The notes under the pieces: model-generated | The model's input: the letters and a program-made list of their open reading frames with translations, nothing else | The model's database searches: none | What the model was told of the DNA's origin: nothing | Shown here: in pieces, positions 12,682 through 26,240 of the stretch | Layout: every line of letters begins with the position of its first letter | Numbering within the stretch: position 1 is the stretch's first letter | Assembly (NCBI GenBank): GCA_002189035.1 | Contig: NEEC01000014.1 | Coordinates: 1,302,001 to 1,366,000 of the forward strand | Reading direction: 5' to 3' | Source of the DNA: Utricularia gibba | Taxonomy: Eukaryota; Plantae; Magnoliophyta | Length of the DNA: 64,000 nucleotides | Position numbers and translations under genes: made by a program

Positions 12682-15126
12682 CTAAACTTCTTCACTGAAA
12701 TCAGGTTCATTTGGTTTGAAAATCTTGGGCATTTTCAGACTTGAAGAGGAAGTATCAGTGATTTCAGCCTTCTGATTAGCTCCTTTTCTGGTGTTTGCAG
12801 CAAATTTTGAAGCAAGAAGAGTTGCTCCAAGATGTTGGGCATGGGCATCATATGATGGATCATATGACAATCTCTCTCTTAGAGCCAACTCCTTTGCTAA
12901 CTTCCTCTTTTTGTACCTCCTCCATGCTGCCTGTAAAAAGCAAGCACCCCAAGTTCTCCATTGATGGGAATAGTATCTGAAAGCATGTTGAAGCTTCATG
13001 CTATGGAGGCGTTTGAATTGAATTGCAACGAATCTGAGATCCTCTGCTCGTAGGGTGAAGGCCTCAACTTCTGTGAGAGTTTTAACTGTCCGAGTGGAGG
13101 ATGGAAGATTGAGAGATGAATTGGGGACAAGTGCCCATGTTAGCAATTCCTCTCCACAGAAGTCTCCTGGTTTTAGAGCTATAGAGTTGTAGAACCCTGT
13201 TTGTCCTCCATTTGTTGTGGAGCTCTCCATTTGTCCTCTGATGATGAAGCTCATTTCGTTTACAGGGTCGCCTTCTCGGACAATGTAGCTTCCCTGTGTG
13301 CTTAGGGATGAGGTCAGTCTCTCGCATATGGCATCAAGCAGTTGATCATCCATTTGTGCGAAGAATGGTACCTAAAGGGGCAACGAAGGCGTGAGAATGA
13401 GGGCTTGGAACCCAGTGCAGTTCATGATCAAGAAACGTACTCTGCGAACAAGGTTAAGACAGAGGTGCCTCCTAATTTCTCGGCCAAGGTCACCAGGAAG
13501 AGACTGTAGAATGAGTTCTTCATTGACTCCCCTGGTTGTCAGCCATTTGTATTGCTCGAAACGACGGACTCGTTCTTGGAGATCCGGGGGAAGCTGGCGA
13601 CGCCTCATCCATTCTTCCATGTCTCGCCTCCTCACTCTCCATTCTTCGAGCCTCACAGTCATTGATTGCAAGTATGTCTTCATTCATAGAATGGAAAACC
13701 AGTCATCAGTATTCAATGCTATTTTTTGCTTCTAGCAAAGAATCCAAGACATGGAAAATGATTTTGAAGTGGCCTGTTCTAGTAGTACCTGCATATTTCC
13801 AATAAGCTGCGCAGAGAGGATCAGTCCAAAGATGCACACAATGATACAGAATGTCGTCTCGCCGAGATAGGTACTTGTATCAAGACCTTGTCCATATGAA
13901 CTGCAAATGGTCATGGATTTTCAGGGAGGGGCTGAAAAATTGAAGTTCAGAGTTCATCCAAATTCTCACCTTAGGTTCCTGAGCCCCCACCACAGGCAGT
14001 ACAGGTACTTATCAATGAAACTAGAGGAAGCAACATGAGTTGTGAAGGCATCAGCGAACATGCCAAACTTGAAGTCTAAATCATTGTTCTTGGCATCGCA
14101 GCGAGACAGCACGTTTGTGGTGTTTAGCCACTGCCGTCTCTGTATGTCTCCTGCTTCTGTGATACTACAATCGAAGTAAGTAATTTTACAGGGTGGGTGT
14201 CTGTTTAGCTCGTCCATGCATCGTCGTTCCCAGCAGGAATGCTGCCTGCCTATCGACGCCAGGTACCACGCTGCACCCAGTACCTGCGTTAGATCAGGAA
14301 TGCACAATGTAATCGACGCAAGCGAGAGAAGCAAGCAAGTGGTCGAAATTTGAAACATGATTTACATGACTGGCCAACATGAAAAGAAGCAGGTTGTAGG
14401 CTGCCCCTGCCCAGGCAGTCTTGGCAATAAATCCTGTCGTTTTGATGATCTGCTGGTTCAGGGGAAAAATGACGAACAGTCTAGGGATGTATTGGATGAG
14501 GACAATCAACGCCAGAGTGTTGTTCGAATGTCCGCCTCCCTTGGACTTTGTTGCCGGAATCACGTACCAGATGACAATCTGCAGATCGATTGGCATTATC
14601 CGCCGCAAGCAGATGCATACCCAGACACATTGTTATCCAATCAGATCACCTGAGGCAACGGCAGCGTCGCCGTCAAATCGATGATGAAATCGGACCTAAG
14701 ATACCTTCGCCGGATCTGCCTCGGATCCATGACGAGTTCTCCCCTGCCGAAGACCCGAGAACTGGGGGCAACAAAGGCCATTCTGAACTTCATCAGCATG
14801 TGGAGAAGATAGAAGACATCGGCCAAGGATCGGAAATAAGTGATCAAAAGAGAAATGTGAGTATCCGTGGACATGCAGGCGGCGTCGTCGACAACGTAGG
14901 GGAGGTAGAAATACAGGGGATCGATGAAAAGGGAGATCAAGCACGCGACCAGGAAGACGTGGTTCCATCGGCTGACGATCTCGCTGTTCGGATCGAGAAT
15001 TTGGTAATGCCATAGAATGCTCAGGGAACTGTGTTCCTCCGGTGCGGCGTCGTCACCGTTGTTTTGGGTGATGCTTCGCCGGAAGCGGCGGAGGTGCGAG
15101 GTCGGCCTCGAGAATAACGTATTCAT
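12682..15126 (-). CDS. CNGC18-like: Cyclic nucleotide-gated channel, group III, CNGC18-like
   Basis: Exons 15126-14650, 14578-14366, 14283-13970, 13900-13789, 13677-13441, 13371-12682. Motifs RVFGRGELVMD, TAWAGAAYNLL, WWGLRNLSSYGQ, CNBD GDFCGEELLTWAL and IQ region LQAAWRRYKKRK. Confidence 0.92.
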
Positions 15127-15133
15127 CTTCCAT
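15053..15133 (-). other. Overlapping out-of-frame uORF (26 aa) starting 7 nt upstream of the CNGC ATG
   Basis: Minus strand CGCC ATG GAA GAT GAA TAC...CAA CGG TGA = MEDEYVILEADLAPPPLPAKHHPKQR*. Its ATG is in GCCATGG context. Confidence 0.55.
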
Positions 15134-16819
15134 GGCGGGAGGTGGTGGAATGTTTTGTTTTAGACGTTTGACCTCCTACTCCATTCCCATATATAGGAAG
15201 GTCCTTTTTGTCTTTTCAAACATATAAGCATATTACATTTTAAAATAACATTATTTTCTAGACATTTTAACCCATGATTCTATTTTAATATCAGAATTAA
15301 AAAAAATTATTTTTTTGTAGATTATTTAATGTTGATTTTACAGTGTGTTTTATTTAAATTGTACGTTTTGCTTAATTTAAAACTGTTCTAATATAAATTA
15401 AAATCGTATATACAGATTTTATCGAAAATTGAGAAAATTATATATTTATATTAAACTATATATTTATTCTTAATTCACCCTTATTTCTATTTTATTTCAA
15501 AATAAATATAAAACAAGTCATTTAAAATCATAATCCAAAATTTTTTTATTACAAAATTTAATACATCTACCGAACATATTTTAAATTTAAAACTATAAGA
15601 TATATTTTATCTTCAATTATATAAGGTTAATTTTTTAATTAACAATCCAACGGATCGGGTTTAACCTACATTGCATAGAAAACTAGACATTGAAACATGG
15701 AAGGCCAAAAATCCTTCCACGTAAATTTTTATTTAAAAAAAATTAAAATAATATTATCCGGTTTATTTAAATGGTCATGTGGAGATTCACTAGGCCAACT
15801 GTCCATCACCCTACTTGTACAAAATGGGCTTACAAAATTATGTTACTGACCATAAAATATACAATCATGATGACTATGTTGTATATTCATATGGTCATGT
15901 GGCACGGTCACTAGGCCAACTGCCCAATCCAAACCTGACACGTGTATGACAATTTATATCTTTTTTTAACTATTATTTTTTAAATATTTATATAAAAACC
16001 TCGTTTATGTTTTCAAATCAATCGATTTAATACGAGTTAATTATGTTTTTATTGAGTGGCGTTCGTATGACGTCATCCTGCAGCAGGGGAATAATGATGA
16101 TGGTTCTTCTTCTTTCAACTTTTTCTTTTTCTTTTTAATATATATTTTACTGCTATGCTAATCCTAGTGAAAGAAGTCAATATGGGATCATTGCTAGAGG
16201 TTGAAGAATGAAGATTTGGAATTCATTGTTTTCTGGAGAAAAAAGAATAATAAAAATAAAAGCGGGAGGACCACTCCACGTCTCTGATCTAAAGAAACCC
16301 CACAAATTGAATGAAAGTCGGGCTAAGTTAATAGTACAACAGTTGTTCGCTTGCTGTAACGCACATCCTCAGCGCGGAATCGGATGCGGGGACACCTGGA
16401 TACGCCTGTATTGGGAGCTACGCAGACAGTAGACAAGTATTCGTGTTTGTATTGGTGGGGATTTGTGGTGGGTGGGTTGTGTTGATCTTAAGGTTACTTG
16501 GTGGAGTGTGGTGTTGGCTATGGTGGGTGAGTGTAAAGGTAACTTTTTGCTGTCGGCTGTCGCTGTACACAAAGCCCACTACATAAATTTTTGATGGTCT
16601 ATGATTGGCCAACCGCAGTAGCTTTTGTGGATTGGAAGGAAGTATCTTTCGATCTACCTCCTTCTGGTCATTGGTTTGTGCATCCTCCTGGTGTTTCTTT
16701 ATCTGGGCATCTCGTGCCTTATTATTCCTTCAAAGGAATGTCTTTTTCGTTTCTTGGATTTCTGGGTGCGGCCTGGTTTTTGTGCAGAAAGGTAAAGCAC
16801 TGTGTCAAATGATTTTCAC

Positions 16820-19722
16820 ATGATCCTTGAGCGTGGAGTGATGGAATTGGAAGACCTCAACTATTCAAACTCACGGCATCATATAAAGGTGAAGTTTTCT
16901 TTACTGGTTTGGTTAGAAAACACGAAGGGGGTTGAGTTTTTGCTGATTCGGATCGTGGGTTCTGCTCTGATTTGCAGAAAGAGTCATGGAGGAATGTGCT
17001 GTTGTTGGCTTATCAGAGTTTGGGTGTTGTATACGGGGAATTGAGCACTTCCCCTTTGTATGTGTACAAAAGTACCTTTGCGGATGCGATTCAGCATTCA
17101 GAAACCAACGAAGAAATATATGGAGTTTTGTCCTTCGTTTTCTGGACTCTAACTCTTATCCCTCTTCTCAAATACGTTTTCGTAGTTCTTAGAGCTGATG
17201 ATAACGGGGAAGGTGGAACCTTTGCTCTGTATTCCCTTCTCTGCCGCCATGCCCGGGTGAGCAATTTACCTAACGGTCAGCTTGCTGATGAGGATTTGTA
17301 TAAGTACAAAAGAGATGGAAATAGATCTGCTAACAAGGGTCTTGGATTGAGATTGAGATTAACCATGGAAAAGCACACAGTTCTACAGAAGATTTTGCTG
17401 ATATTGGCTTTGATTGGGACGAGCATGGTCATCGGAGATGGAGTTCTTTCCCCTGCCATTTCCGGTAGTTGCAGCTGTTTTCAGTATCTGCTTCCTATTG
17501 CAACTGTATTATTCATCTGTGCGTGCTCTGTCACTTGCAGTGTTTTCAGCCGTCTCAGGGCTAGAGCTCCTTGTCGAAAAAGAGCACTATCAATGTAAGC
17601 TTCTCTGTATTCCACTCCATGACTTTCAACTTATCTGAATTTGCATCACCCTTCTGCAGATATGAAGGTTCCGGTTGCATGTGCCATTCTGGTTGTCTTG
17701 TTCTGTCTTCAACACTACGGGACACGCCGGATTGGGTCTCTGTTTGCTCCTATTGTGATAGCATGGCTTTTCTGCATCAGTTCAATAGGATTATACAACA
17801 TTTTGCACTGGAATCCCCTGGTCTGCAAGGCGCTTTCCCCTTATTACATGTTCAAGTTTCTGAGGAAAACCAGAAGACAAGGATGGATGTCTTTGGGAGG
17901 GATTCTGCTTTGTATAACAGGTAATGCAGATCATCATCCAAACTGCAATTCGTTTCATAAACCATGAGTCGCTGATCACCATCTCCATCAGGCTCTGAGG
18001 CGATGTATGCTGATCTTGGACATTTTACACAGTTATCCATCAAGGTGAAGCAGCACTGACCTGAATATACACATGCTGACTGATCTACTTCCAGATACCA
18101 ATGTAACAGTATCATTCCTCTGCAGGTTGCATTCACCTTCTTCATCTATCCATCCCTGATCCTGGCTTACATGGGGCAAGCTGCATATCTCTCCCGGCAT
18201 CACTACATTGAGAACAACTATAGCATCGGATTCTACGTATCTGTCCCCGGTACGCCTCGGAACTCTTGAAAATGAGCCTGCCATGAATCAAGTAGAGAGC
18301 CTAAGGCTGCAAATTTTCCCTGCAGCGCAGCTAAGGTGGCCTGTTCTTGCAATTGCCATACTTGCTGCTGTGGTTGGAAGCCAAGCCATCATCACCGGAA
18401 CCTTCTCTGTGATCAAGCAGTGCTGTGCTTTGGGTTGCTTCCCTAAGGTAAAAATCGTTCACACGTCGTCGAAGATGTTCGGCCAGATTTACATTCCGGA
18501 GATCAACTGGACTCTAATGCTGCTCTGCCTGGCTGTTACCATTGGATTCAGAGACACCAAACATATAAGCAATGCAGCAGGTAACCAAGATAAGATATCT
18601 CATCATATGTCTGTCTCCTTTACACCGCACCAGAGTGATCCCAGTTGTTCACCAGGTCTTGCTGTTATAACTGTGATGCTGGTGACAACATGCCTCATGT
18701 CGCTTGTGATCATCCTATGCTGGGACCGGAATGCGCTTCTTGCTGTTGGCTTCATACTCATCTTCGGTTCGATCGAAGCACTGTACTTCTCAGCCTCACT
18801 GATAAGGTTCCTGGAGGGAGCTTGGGTTCCCATTGCTCTGTCCTTCATCTTCCTCAGCATAATGTACATATGGCACTACGGGACACTGAAAAAGTATGAG
18901 TTTGATGTCCAGAACAAGGTCCCCATCAACTGGTTCTTGGGGCTGGGGCCGAATCTCGGAATAGTTCGTGTTCGGGGCATTGGATTGATCCACACAGAGC
19001 TGGTCTCCGGCATCCCCGCCATCTTCTCACACTTTGTGACGCATCTCCCTGCTTTCCATCAGGTTCTGGTTCTGTTCTGCATCAAGTACGTCCCCATGCC
19101 TCATGTCACGCCGGCGGAGAGGTTCCTCGTCGGCAGAATCGGTCCCAGGGAGTACAGAGTGTACAGATGCATAGCAAGGTATGGATACCGGGACACGCTC
19201 GCAGACGACATAGAATTTGAGAAGGACCTCGTGTGCAGCATCGCGGAGTTCATCCGATCCGAGGAGGCGGAAGGGAGAGCCAGCTTGGTGGATGATCATC
19301 ACGAGGATGAAGAAAAGATGGCGGTCATCGGAACCCCGTCGGCAAATCCAACGGGGGTCCGTATCTGGGACGATGAGAATGGAGATTTGAATCCGTCGAC
19401 AAGCAATGCAGCGGAACCCAGGGAGATCATCAGTCCTCCGCCCGGCCCCCGTAAGAGGGTCCGTTTCCTTATGCCGGAGAGTCCGAATATCGACGTGCAG
19501 GCGCAGACGGAGCTGAGGGAGCTGATGGAAGCGAGAGAAGCAGGGTTGGCCTTCATACTAGGCCACTCATATGTGAAGGCCAAGACAGGGTCGAGTTTCA
19601 TCAAGAAGCTTGTGATTAACGTTGGGTACGACTTTCTCCGGCGGAACTCTAGGCCGCCGTCGTACGCCTTGAGTTTTCCGCAGGCGTCGACGTTAGAGGT
19701 CGGAATGGTTTACCATGTATGA
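16820..19722 (+). CDS. KUP8-like: KUP/HAK/KT potassium transporter, KUP6/KUP8 type
   Basis: Exons 16820 (or 16841)-16888, 16978-17464, 17541-17594, 17660-17920, 17992-18044, 18126-18249, 18326-18580, 18656-19722. Motifs [61 protein letters not shown]. Confidence 0.95.
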
Positions 19723-20619
19723 CATGCCCTGTGGCAGACGATAGCTCTCCGTCACCGAGTTAACCACTCGCCACCCTTGCGTTTTTTCAGGGCATTTTCA
19801 GTTGTAAATTTCGATTCTGTTCCGTTTGCCTGCAAAAGTCGACAGGAGCAATTTTCTGACCAAGTTAAGAGATTATCAAGTGGGATTCAATCTCTACGTA
19901 CCCTAACCGACGGGGTAATGGCTGCGACGGTGATAAGTTACGGCGGCGCATTGCCGGAGTCACCTTCCACTAGATAGAGCAGCAACTGGAGGAAGATGAC
20001 GCTTCATTACGAGATTTTTGCTGTACCTTTTTCCCCGATCACCTCGCTCCCGTCGAAATTTCGAGCCTGGGTATGGGATTCGTCTTCGATGTTACCAACA
20101 CCGAATTATCGGAAGCGATTCGGAATTTCATCGACGGAAGCACAATTCACTTTACACGTCGCCTGTCTTGTGCCCTAATCTCTTCCTCTACCTGGTTTCT
20201 CAGCCTTCTCCCTGTTTGTCAAGCAGCCCTAATCGACGCAAGTATCTCCGAAATGAAATCAAACGCCGATGGGAGACTATCACTCGCCTGCTTGAAGAAG
20301 GAAGGCGACCAGAGACATCGAGAGCGAAAGATACTCTGGTGAACTCAACGGCGACTGGGTGCCGGAGAAGATGGTGTGTCGAGGACAATCATGTAAATAA
20401 ACAATTTAAATCAAATTTTCAAATTATTTACATAATTATGACGTATTATTCTACAAAGCAACTTTTCATTTCTAAAACAAAATAAAGAATAATTTGGCGT
20501 GCTCTGTTCTTTGTAGGAAGCTGAAAACGTGTCTTTTTAGGCACGGGGTCAACGGCCCGGGGTTGCGCGCCGGTGAAATCTGTTCTTCGCTTCGCGGTGA
20601 ACAGAAAGTCGATTGAAGG

Positions 20620-23600
20620 ATGGGAGTTCATGGACTGTGGGAGCTTCTGGCTCCCGTGGGCAGACGAGTCTCTGTGGAGACGCTTGCTGGGAAGAAGCTC
20701 GCGATCGGTACCCTAGAACGCGTGCTTCTTCGTCTTTTACCATGGTTCCGCCTTTGGTTTGTTATGGTTCTTTCTGGGTCATGTAGATGCGAGTATATGG
20801 ATGGTTCAGTTTATGAAGGCTATGCGCGACGAGAAGGGAGAGATGGTCCGAAATGCCCATATACTGGGGTTTTTCCGTCGAATATGCAAGCTTTTGTTTC
20901 TACGGACTAAGCCCGTTTTTGTGTTCGATGGTGGAACGCCAGCTCTCAAGCGGAGGACGGTCATTGCCCGTCGCCGTCGACGAGAGAATGCTCAGGCAAA
21001 GATTAGAAAAACTGCTGAAAAATTGCTGCTTAACCATGTATGTAGTTCTGTTAATTTATTGCATTCTTTTATGGGTGTCTTCATTGTGTGTTGAATCTGA
21101 TAAGAGTGCCCGCGTATTGCTGCGTTAGTTTGAGATAGTTTGACATTTTGTCTAATTGTGATAGCTTAAGGCAACAAAGCTGAAGGAATTGGCAGCAGAT
21201 CTGCAGAGGCAACGACAGGAGGATGACATCAAAGGGAAAAGGCCCATCTTGCAGGAACCAGATAATGAACCGGAGGCTTATAAAGGAAATGATGGCTTAC
21301 GCTCTAATTTTGATCAGGAAAAAAATGATGAATTGTACGACAGGCTATTTTTATTTGTCACGATTTTTAGGTTAAGAAATGTTTCTAATTGTAGTCATCT
21401 AGTTGATTAAGGTTGGCTGCTTCTCTTGCGGCGGAAGAGAATGAAGACATAGAAGTTGATGATGGCTATGAAGAAATGATGATGATTGTATGATTTTTCT
21501 TTTCTTTTTGGGGTTCCTTATGAGCACCTCATTGTTATAATTGACTTCATCGGTCTTTTCTCATTCAATGGTTTCTTTCAATTCTCCCACAGCCAGAGAT
21601 GCATGGAAAGGTTGATCCTGCTGTTTTAGCTCTTTTGCCCCCATCAATGCAACTTGACCTGCTTGTCCAGGTGACCTTTGGATTTTTCGAGATCATGAAA
21701 TTGCCGACATTCATGTATAATTCCTTTTAAACTTGGCTACTGCTTTACAGATGAGAGAAAGACTGATGGCTGAGAATAGGCAGAGGTACCAGAAAGTGAA
21801 AAAGGTAGAGACTGCTCTCTCCATGTATGTTCTTTTCACGTCATTGGAATGTTTTGAAAGGTTTCAATATTTTCTTTGTGATCAGGAGAAGATTAATTCA
21901 TGTTTTCAGTAACTTTCGTTGGTGTTTTAGGCACCAGAAAAGTTTTCAGAAATACAAATAGAGGCATATCTTAAAAAGGTGGCTTTCCGTCGTGAGTTAG
22001 AGGTAGTTCAGAAGTCCACCGCAGGCCAGGGAGTAGGTGGTGTGCAGACCTCAAGAATCGCATCAGAAGCGAACAGAGAATTTATTTTTTCCTCATCATT
22101 TACTGGTGACAAACAGTCCGTAGTAAAATTTTATCTCTGTATTTTTCCATATTTTATGCATACAAATTCTTGTACGCCTATGTGCGTCTTCTCATTAGAA
22201 AAATTAATACAATTGAACCTTACAGTGCTACTTTGCTGAAACATGATCGTGTTTTTCAGATCTTTCACATCTGGTGAGGAGAGCATGCTCCTATCTGATC
22301 AAATGCAGCCACACCCAGTTGTGTGCTCCTCGGTTGCAACAGGTGAAGCTTTGCCAACCAATGGAACTGGTGGCATAGCTGCTCCACCTGCTCCAGATAC
22401 TGGAGGATTATTAGATGGCATTGAGACATATTTAGATGAAAAAGGCCGATTGCGCGTTAGTAGAGTGAGAGCTCTGGGAATTCGTATGACTCGGGATTTG
22501 CAGAGGAACTTAGATTTAATGAAGGAGATTAACAATGAGACAGAAGGGATCCTCTCTGGGTTGACTCTGAATCAGGATGCAGCTGAGGGTAGTGATACCA
22601 GGATGGGTGATGAACTCAAGAAAAATAATGGAACTGATGTGTTTTATAGCATTCCCATTGAAATATCTTTTGAACATGCAACAGCTCTGGAAAATATATC
22701 AGATGATGGGGATTTATTTGATCGTTTAGTAGCAGGACAACCTGTTTTGGATTTTACTGTTGATGCACCTGCTTCGCTGAAGGATAGATCGGTTTCATCA
22801 TCAGAATGTGAGTGGGAGGAAGGGGTAGTTGGAGACACAGCTCTGGGAAGTGAGGCAGAAATCCGGTCTGAAGGGGTTGTGAGTGATGAGGGAGAAGTTG
22901 AATGGGAAGAAGGACTCAGTGACACTCAATTCACCTCAACTCACCAAGAAGGAAGCCTTAAAAATGTTTCCAAGGGTGTACAGGAGGAAGAGGACGATCT
23001 TCAAGAGGCAATTAGAAGAAGCCTGGAAGATGCAAGCTGCAGGTCCTTTCAGGAAATCAATGATCATGTGTCTGCATGGGGCGGAGGAATGGCACGTGAA
23101 GCTGCAATGTCATCTGGAAAAAAGGGGCCTGAGGATGCAATGCCTTGTGTCAGCAAGGGATTTGGTGGCTCAACTGATTCTGCGATTGGACTATCTTCTT
23201 CATTTATGGAATCAACCCCTCAACCAAACCTGGAGTATCGGAATAAAGATCCTGATGGAAATTGGAATTTGAGTGGAGACCAGTATCGCACTACAGACAC
23301 TCCTTCTGAAGAAGAGGTGATAGCACAGGGAAAGAAATCCGATGAGATATTGGATGGAGCAGGCGAGAGGGATTCTGAGAACGAGGGTGTAGAACCACAT
23401 CATGTTTCAGTTAAGGGTGATGCTGGTTTTGACTCGTTTATTTCATCTGTTGCTGATTTGCCACATGCCAAACTCCTTGACTCTTCAACTGCCGACACCC
23501 AATATGATGTAAGTCAAACAGCATCAGATGAAAAATATCGCAGTTCCATACAATTTGAAAATGCTACTCATTATGGGTCAACAAGTTATTTACATGGAGA

Positions 23601-26240
23601 AAAACAGGTAGCAGAGGACAAGCTGGAAAGTACTGTGTCGATAGAAATGGAGACATCCATGGGGAATAGTTTTCTGGATGTTAACAATGAGCAGGAAATG
23701 CTCACGGAATATATTGAAGATCAATTATCTTCTCTGAGTAAAGAATCTGAACAGCTTCAGAACAAGCAACAGAACCTAGAAAAAATCACAGAGTCTGTTA
23801 GCAGCGAAATGTTTGCAGAGTGTCAGGTAATTGGAGCCCCCATATCGTAATGGAAATCCTTAATGCTAGAGCATCAGTTTATAAAGTTTTCTTGCATTAA
23901 ATCGTGAATGCATGCATAATTTGAATGGGGACAGTCACTGTAAGTGCTTGAACTGTTTTCAAGAACACGAAGTATAGATGCATATGTTTGTTCTCTGCTA
24001 TTGGTTCCATGATTATTGCTACTTCTCACTCTAGGAGTTGCTTCAAATGTTCGGACTACCATATATTGTTGCACCATTGGAGGCTGAAGCTCAATGTGCA
24101 TACATGGAGTTGTCAAACCTCGTTGATGGAGTGGTCACTGACGACTCTGATGCTCTTCTTTTTGGAGCTCGAAGCATATACAAGAACATCTTTGATGATC
24201 GAAAGTATGTGGAGACTTATTTCATGAAGGTAAGTTATTACTGATCCTGCTCCTACTCCTTGATCAACATGGAAATGACCATTGTCATCATGCTATACTG
24301 TAGGATTATTATCCGTTAATCAACAATCACCTTCTGTGTTTTTCTGGTTCTAATCCTTTGTGAGCCCTCCTTCAGGATATTGAAACCGAGCTGGGGCTGG
24401 ATCGAGAAAAACTGATCAATATGGCCCTGCTTCTTGGGAGTGACTACACAGAAGGCATCAGGTGATCATCAATCTGCATTTTCTCTGGGTTCGTTTTCTT
24501 AGGCATCTTCCCTGTTGAACATGAGAAATATTGGTATTCATCTGAAATTTGGCAGTGGCATCGGAATTGTAAATGCTGTTGAGGTTGTAAATGCGTTTCC
24601 AGACATTGATGGCCTTCGTGAATTTCGGGAGTGGATTGAGTCGCCAGACCCATCTATACTTGGCACAGTGGACACAAAAGCAGTGGGGCATTCTAGAAAG
24701 AAAGCATCCCAAGCAGATGAGAATATTCAGAGGCATTCAGATGATCAAACAGATAGCAAAAAGCGTATCTTCATGGGGAATCATGTAATCCATATCTTCT
24801 ACAGCCATCTCTCCTTCTGAAGTTTCATTACATGATGCAATAGTTAACACATGTTACATCTGAAACAGAGAAATGTTAGCAAAAATTGGCATATCCCGTC
24901 TTCTTTCCCCAGCGAGGCAGTGATTTCTGCATATGTATCTCCCCATGTTGACAAGTCAACAGAGCCATTTTCATGGGGAAGCCAGATCATTCCGCTCTTC
25001 GAAAGTGTGTAGCAACCTCTCTTTGTTTCGTGCTTGCATCGTTTCATGATATTTCTCTCCTATATAACAAGGTTCCTGTGACTTAGACTGTGCATGGAGA
25101 AGTTTGGATGGGGAACTACAAAAGCTGATGAGCTGCTGCTGCCTGTACTGAAGGAGTATGGCAAACACGAGGTTGATCCGTTGAACCAGCTTGTTTTCTC
25201 TGGAATCGGTTTTTCTGATATTCATGCCTGGCTAATGCAGACGCAGCTGAGGTTGGAAGCATTTTATACATTCAACGAAAGATTTGCTAAAATTAGAAGC
25301 AAACGCATAATGAAGGCTGTCAAAGGAATCACCGGCAAGATGTCTTCGGAGTTCATGGATGTTACCGCAGTTCCCCTGCAAACAGGACGAGGAAACAAGC
25401 GAAAGGTATCAGCTGGGGAAGATGAAGATGGATCCGGGGGAACAAGTGAAGAAAAACACCTGGAAGAGTCCCTGGCATCCGAAAGCAGCGCAAGGAGGAA
25501 AGCAACAAGAGGACGAGGACGAGGAGGAAGAAGCAAAAGGCAACCAAGTGAGGCTAGAGCAAGGAAAAGGAACCCTTGCGGTGATGCTAAAGCTGACGAT
25601 GGAGGCGGGGAGGAAAAGCTGGAAGGATCTCTTGAACTCCGTAGGGTAATCACCCAATCCACTTCATTATGTTCTCATTTCTGCTCCATTACAACTCGGG
25701 TTTGAGTAAGCTAACATGTTGTTCCCTTCTTTGAGGGGATTCCAGTCTGCTCGGCCTCGGAAGGCCGTGAGCTACAGATTTTCTGAATTGGACAAAGACG
25801 ATGAGGAGTCCCTCGACAAAGGGTCATCGGTGCATTCATCCGGAGGTCAAGCCAGTAAAAATGAAGATAACCAAAGTGACGATCATCATAGTGAGGACCG
25901 AATTGCCTCATATGAGGAACCCGAAAGAGCATACGCAGCTGATAATGCAACCACTTGCCATGATGATCAGAATGCACTGTTGCTGCCAGCGTCATCATCA
26001 GATGACTATCTTCGATTTGGGGGTGGATTTTGCTCAGTTGACAATGAAGAAGCCGAAGGCGTCGATGGGCGCACACCAGTGACGGACTCCGGCGAACTAG
26101 ACGCCCCGGATTCGTCGGAACCACTGGTTGAAGCTGGGCATGAGGTTCAAAGTGATCAGCATGCAGAGCTGGGTAATCCTAGCAGTTCGAACCCATTTCG
26201 CCCCATGCCAGGTTTGAGAAGGAAGAAGAAGACAACTTGA
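20620..26240 (+). CDS. UVH3: XPG/RAD2 family DNA repair endonuclease UVH3; one -1 frameshift in this sequence
   Basis: 15 exons from 20620-20707 to 25746-26240. XPG-N: [41 protein letters not shown]: [34 protein letters not shown](K)PD reads only if one base is added at 24975-24980. Confidence 0.95.
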
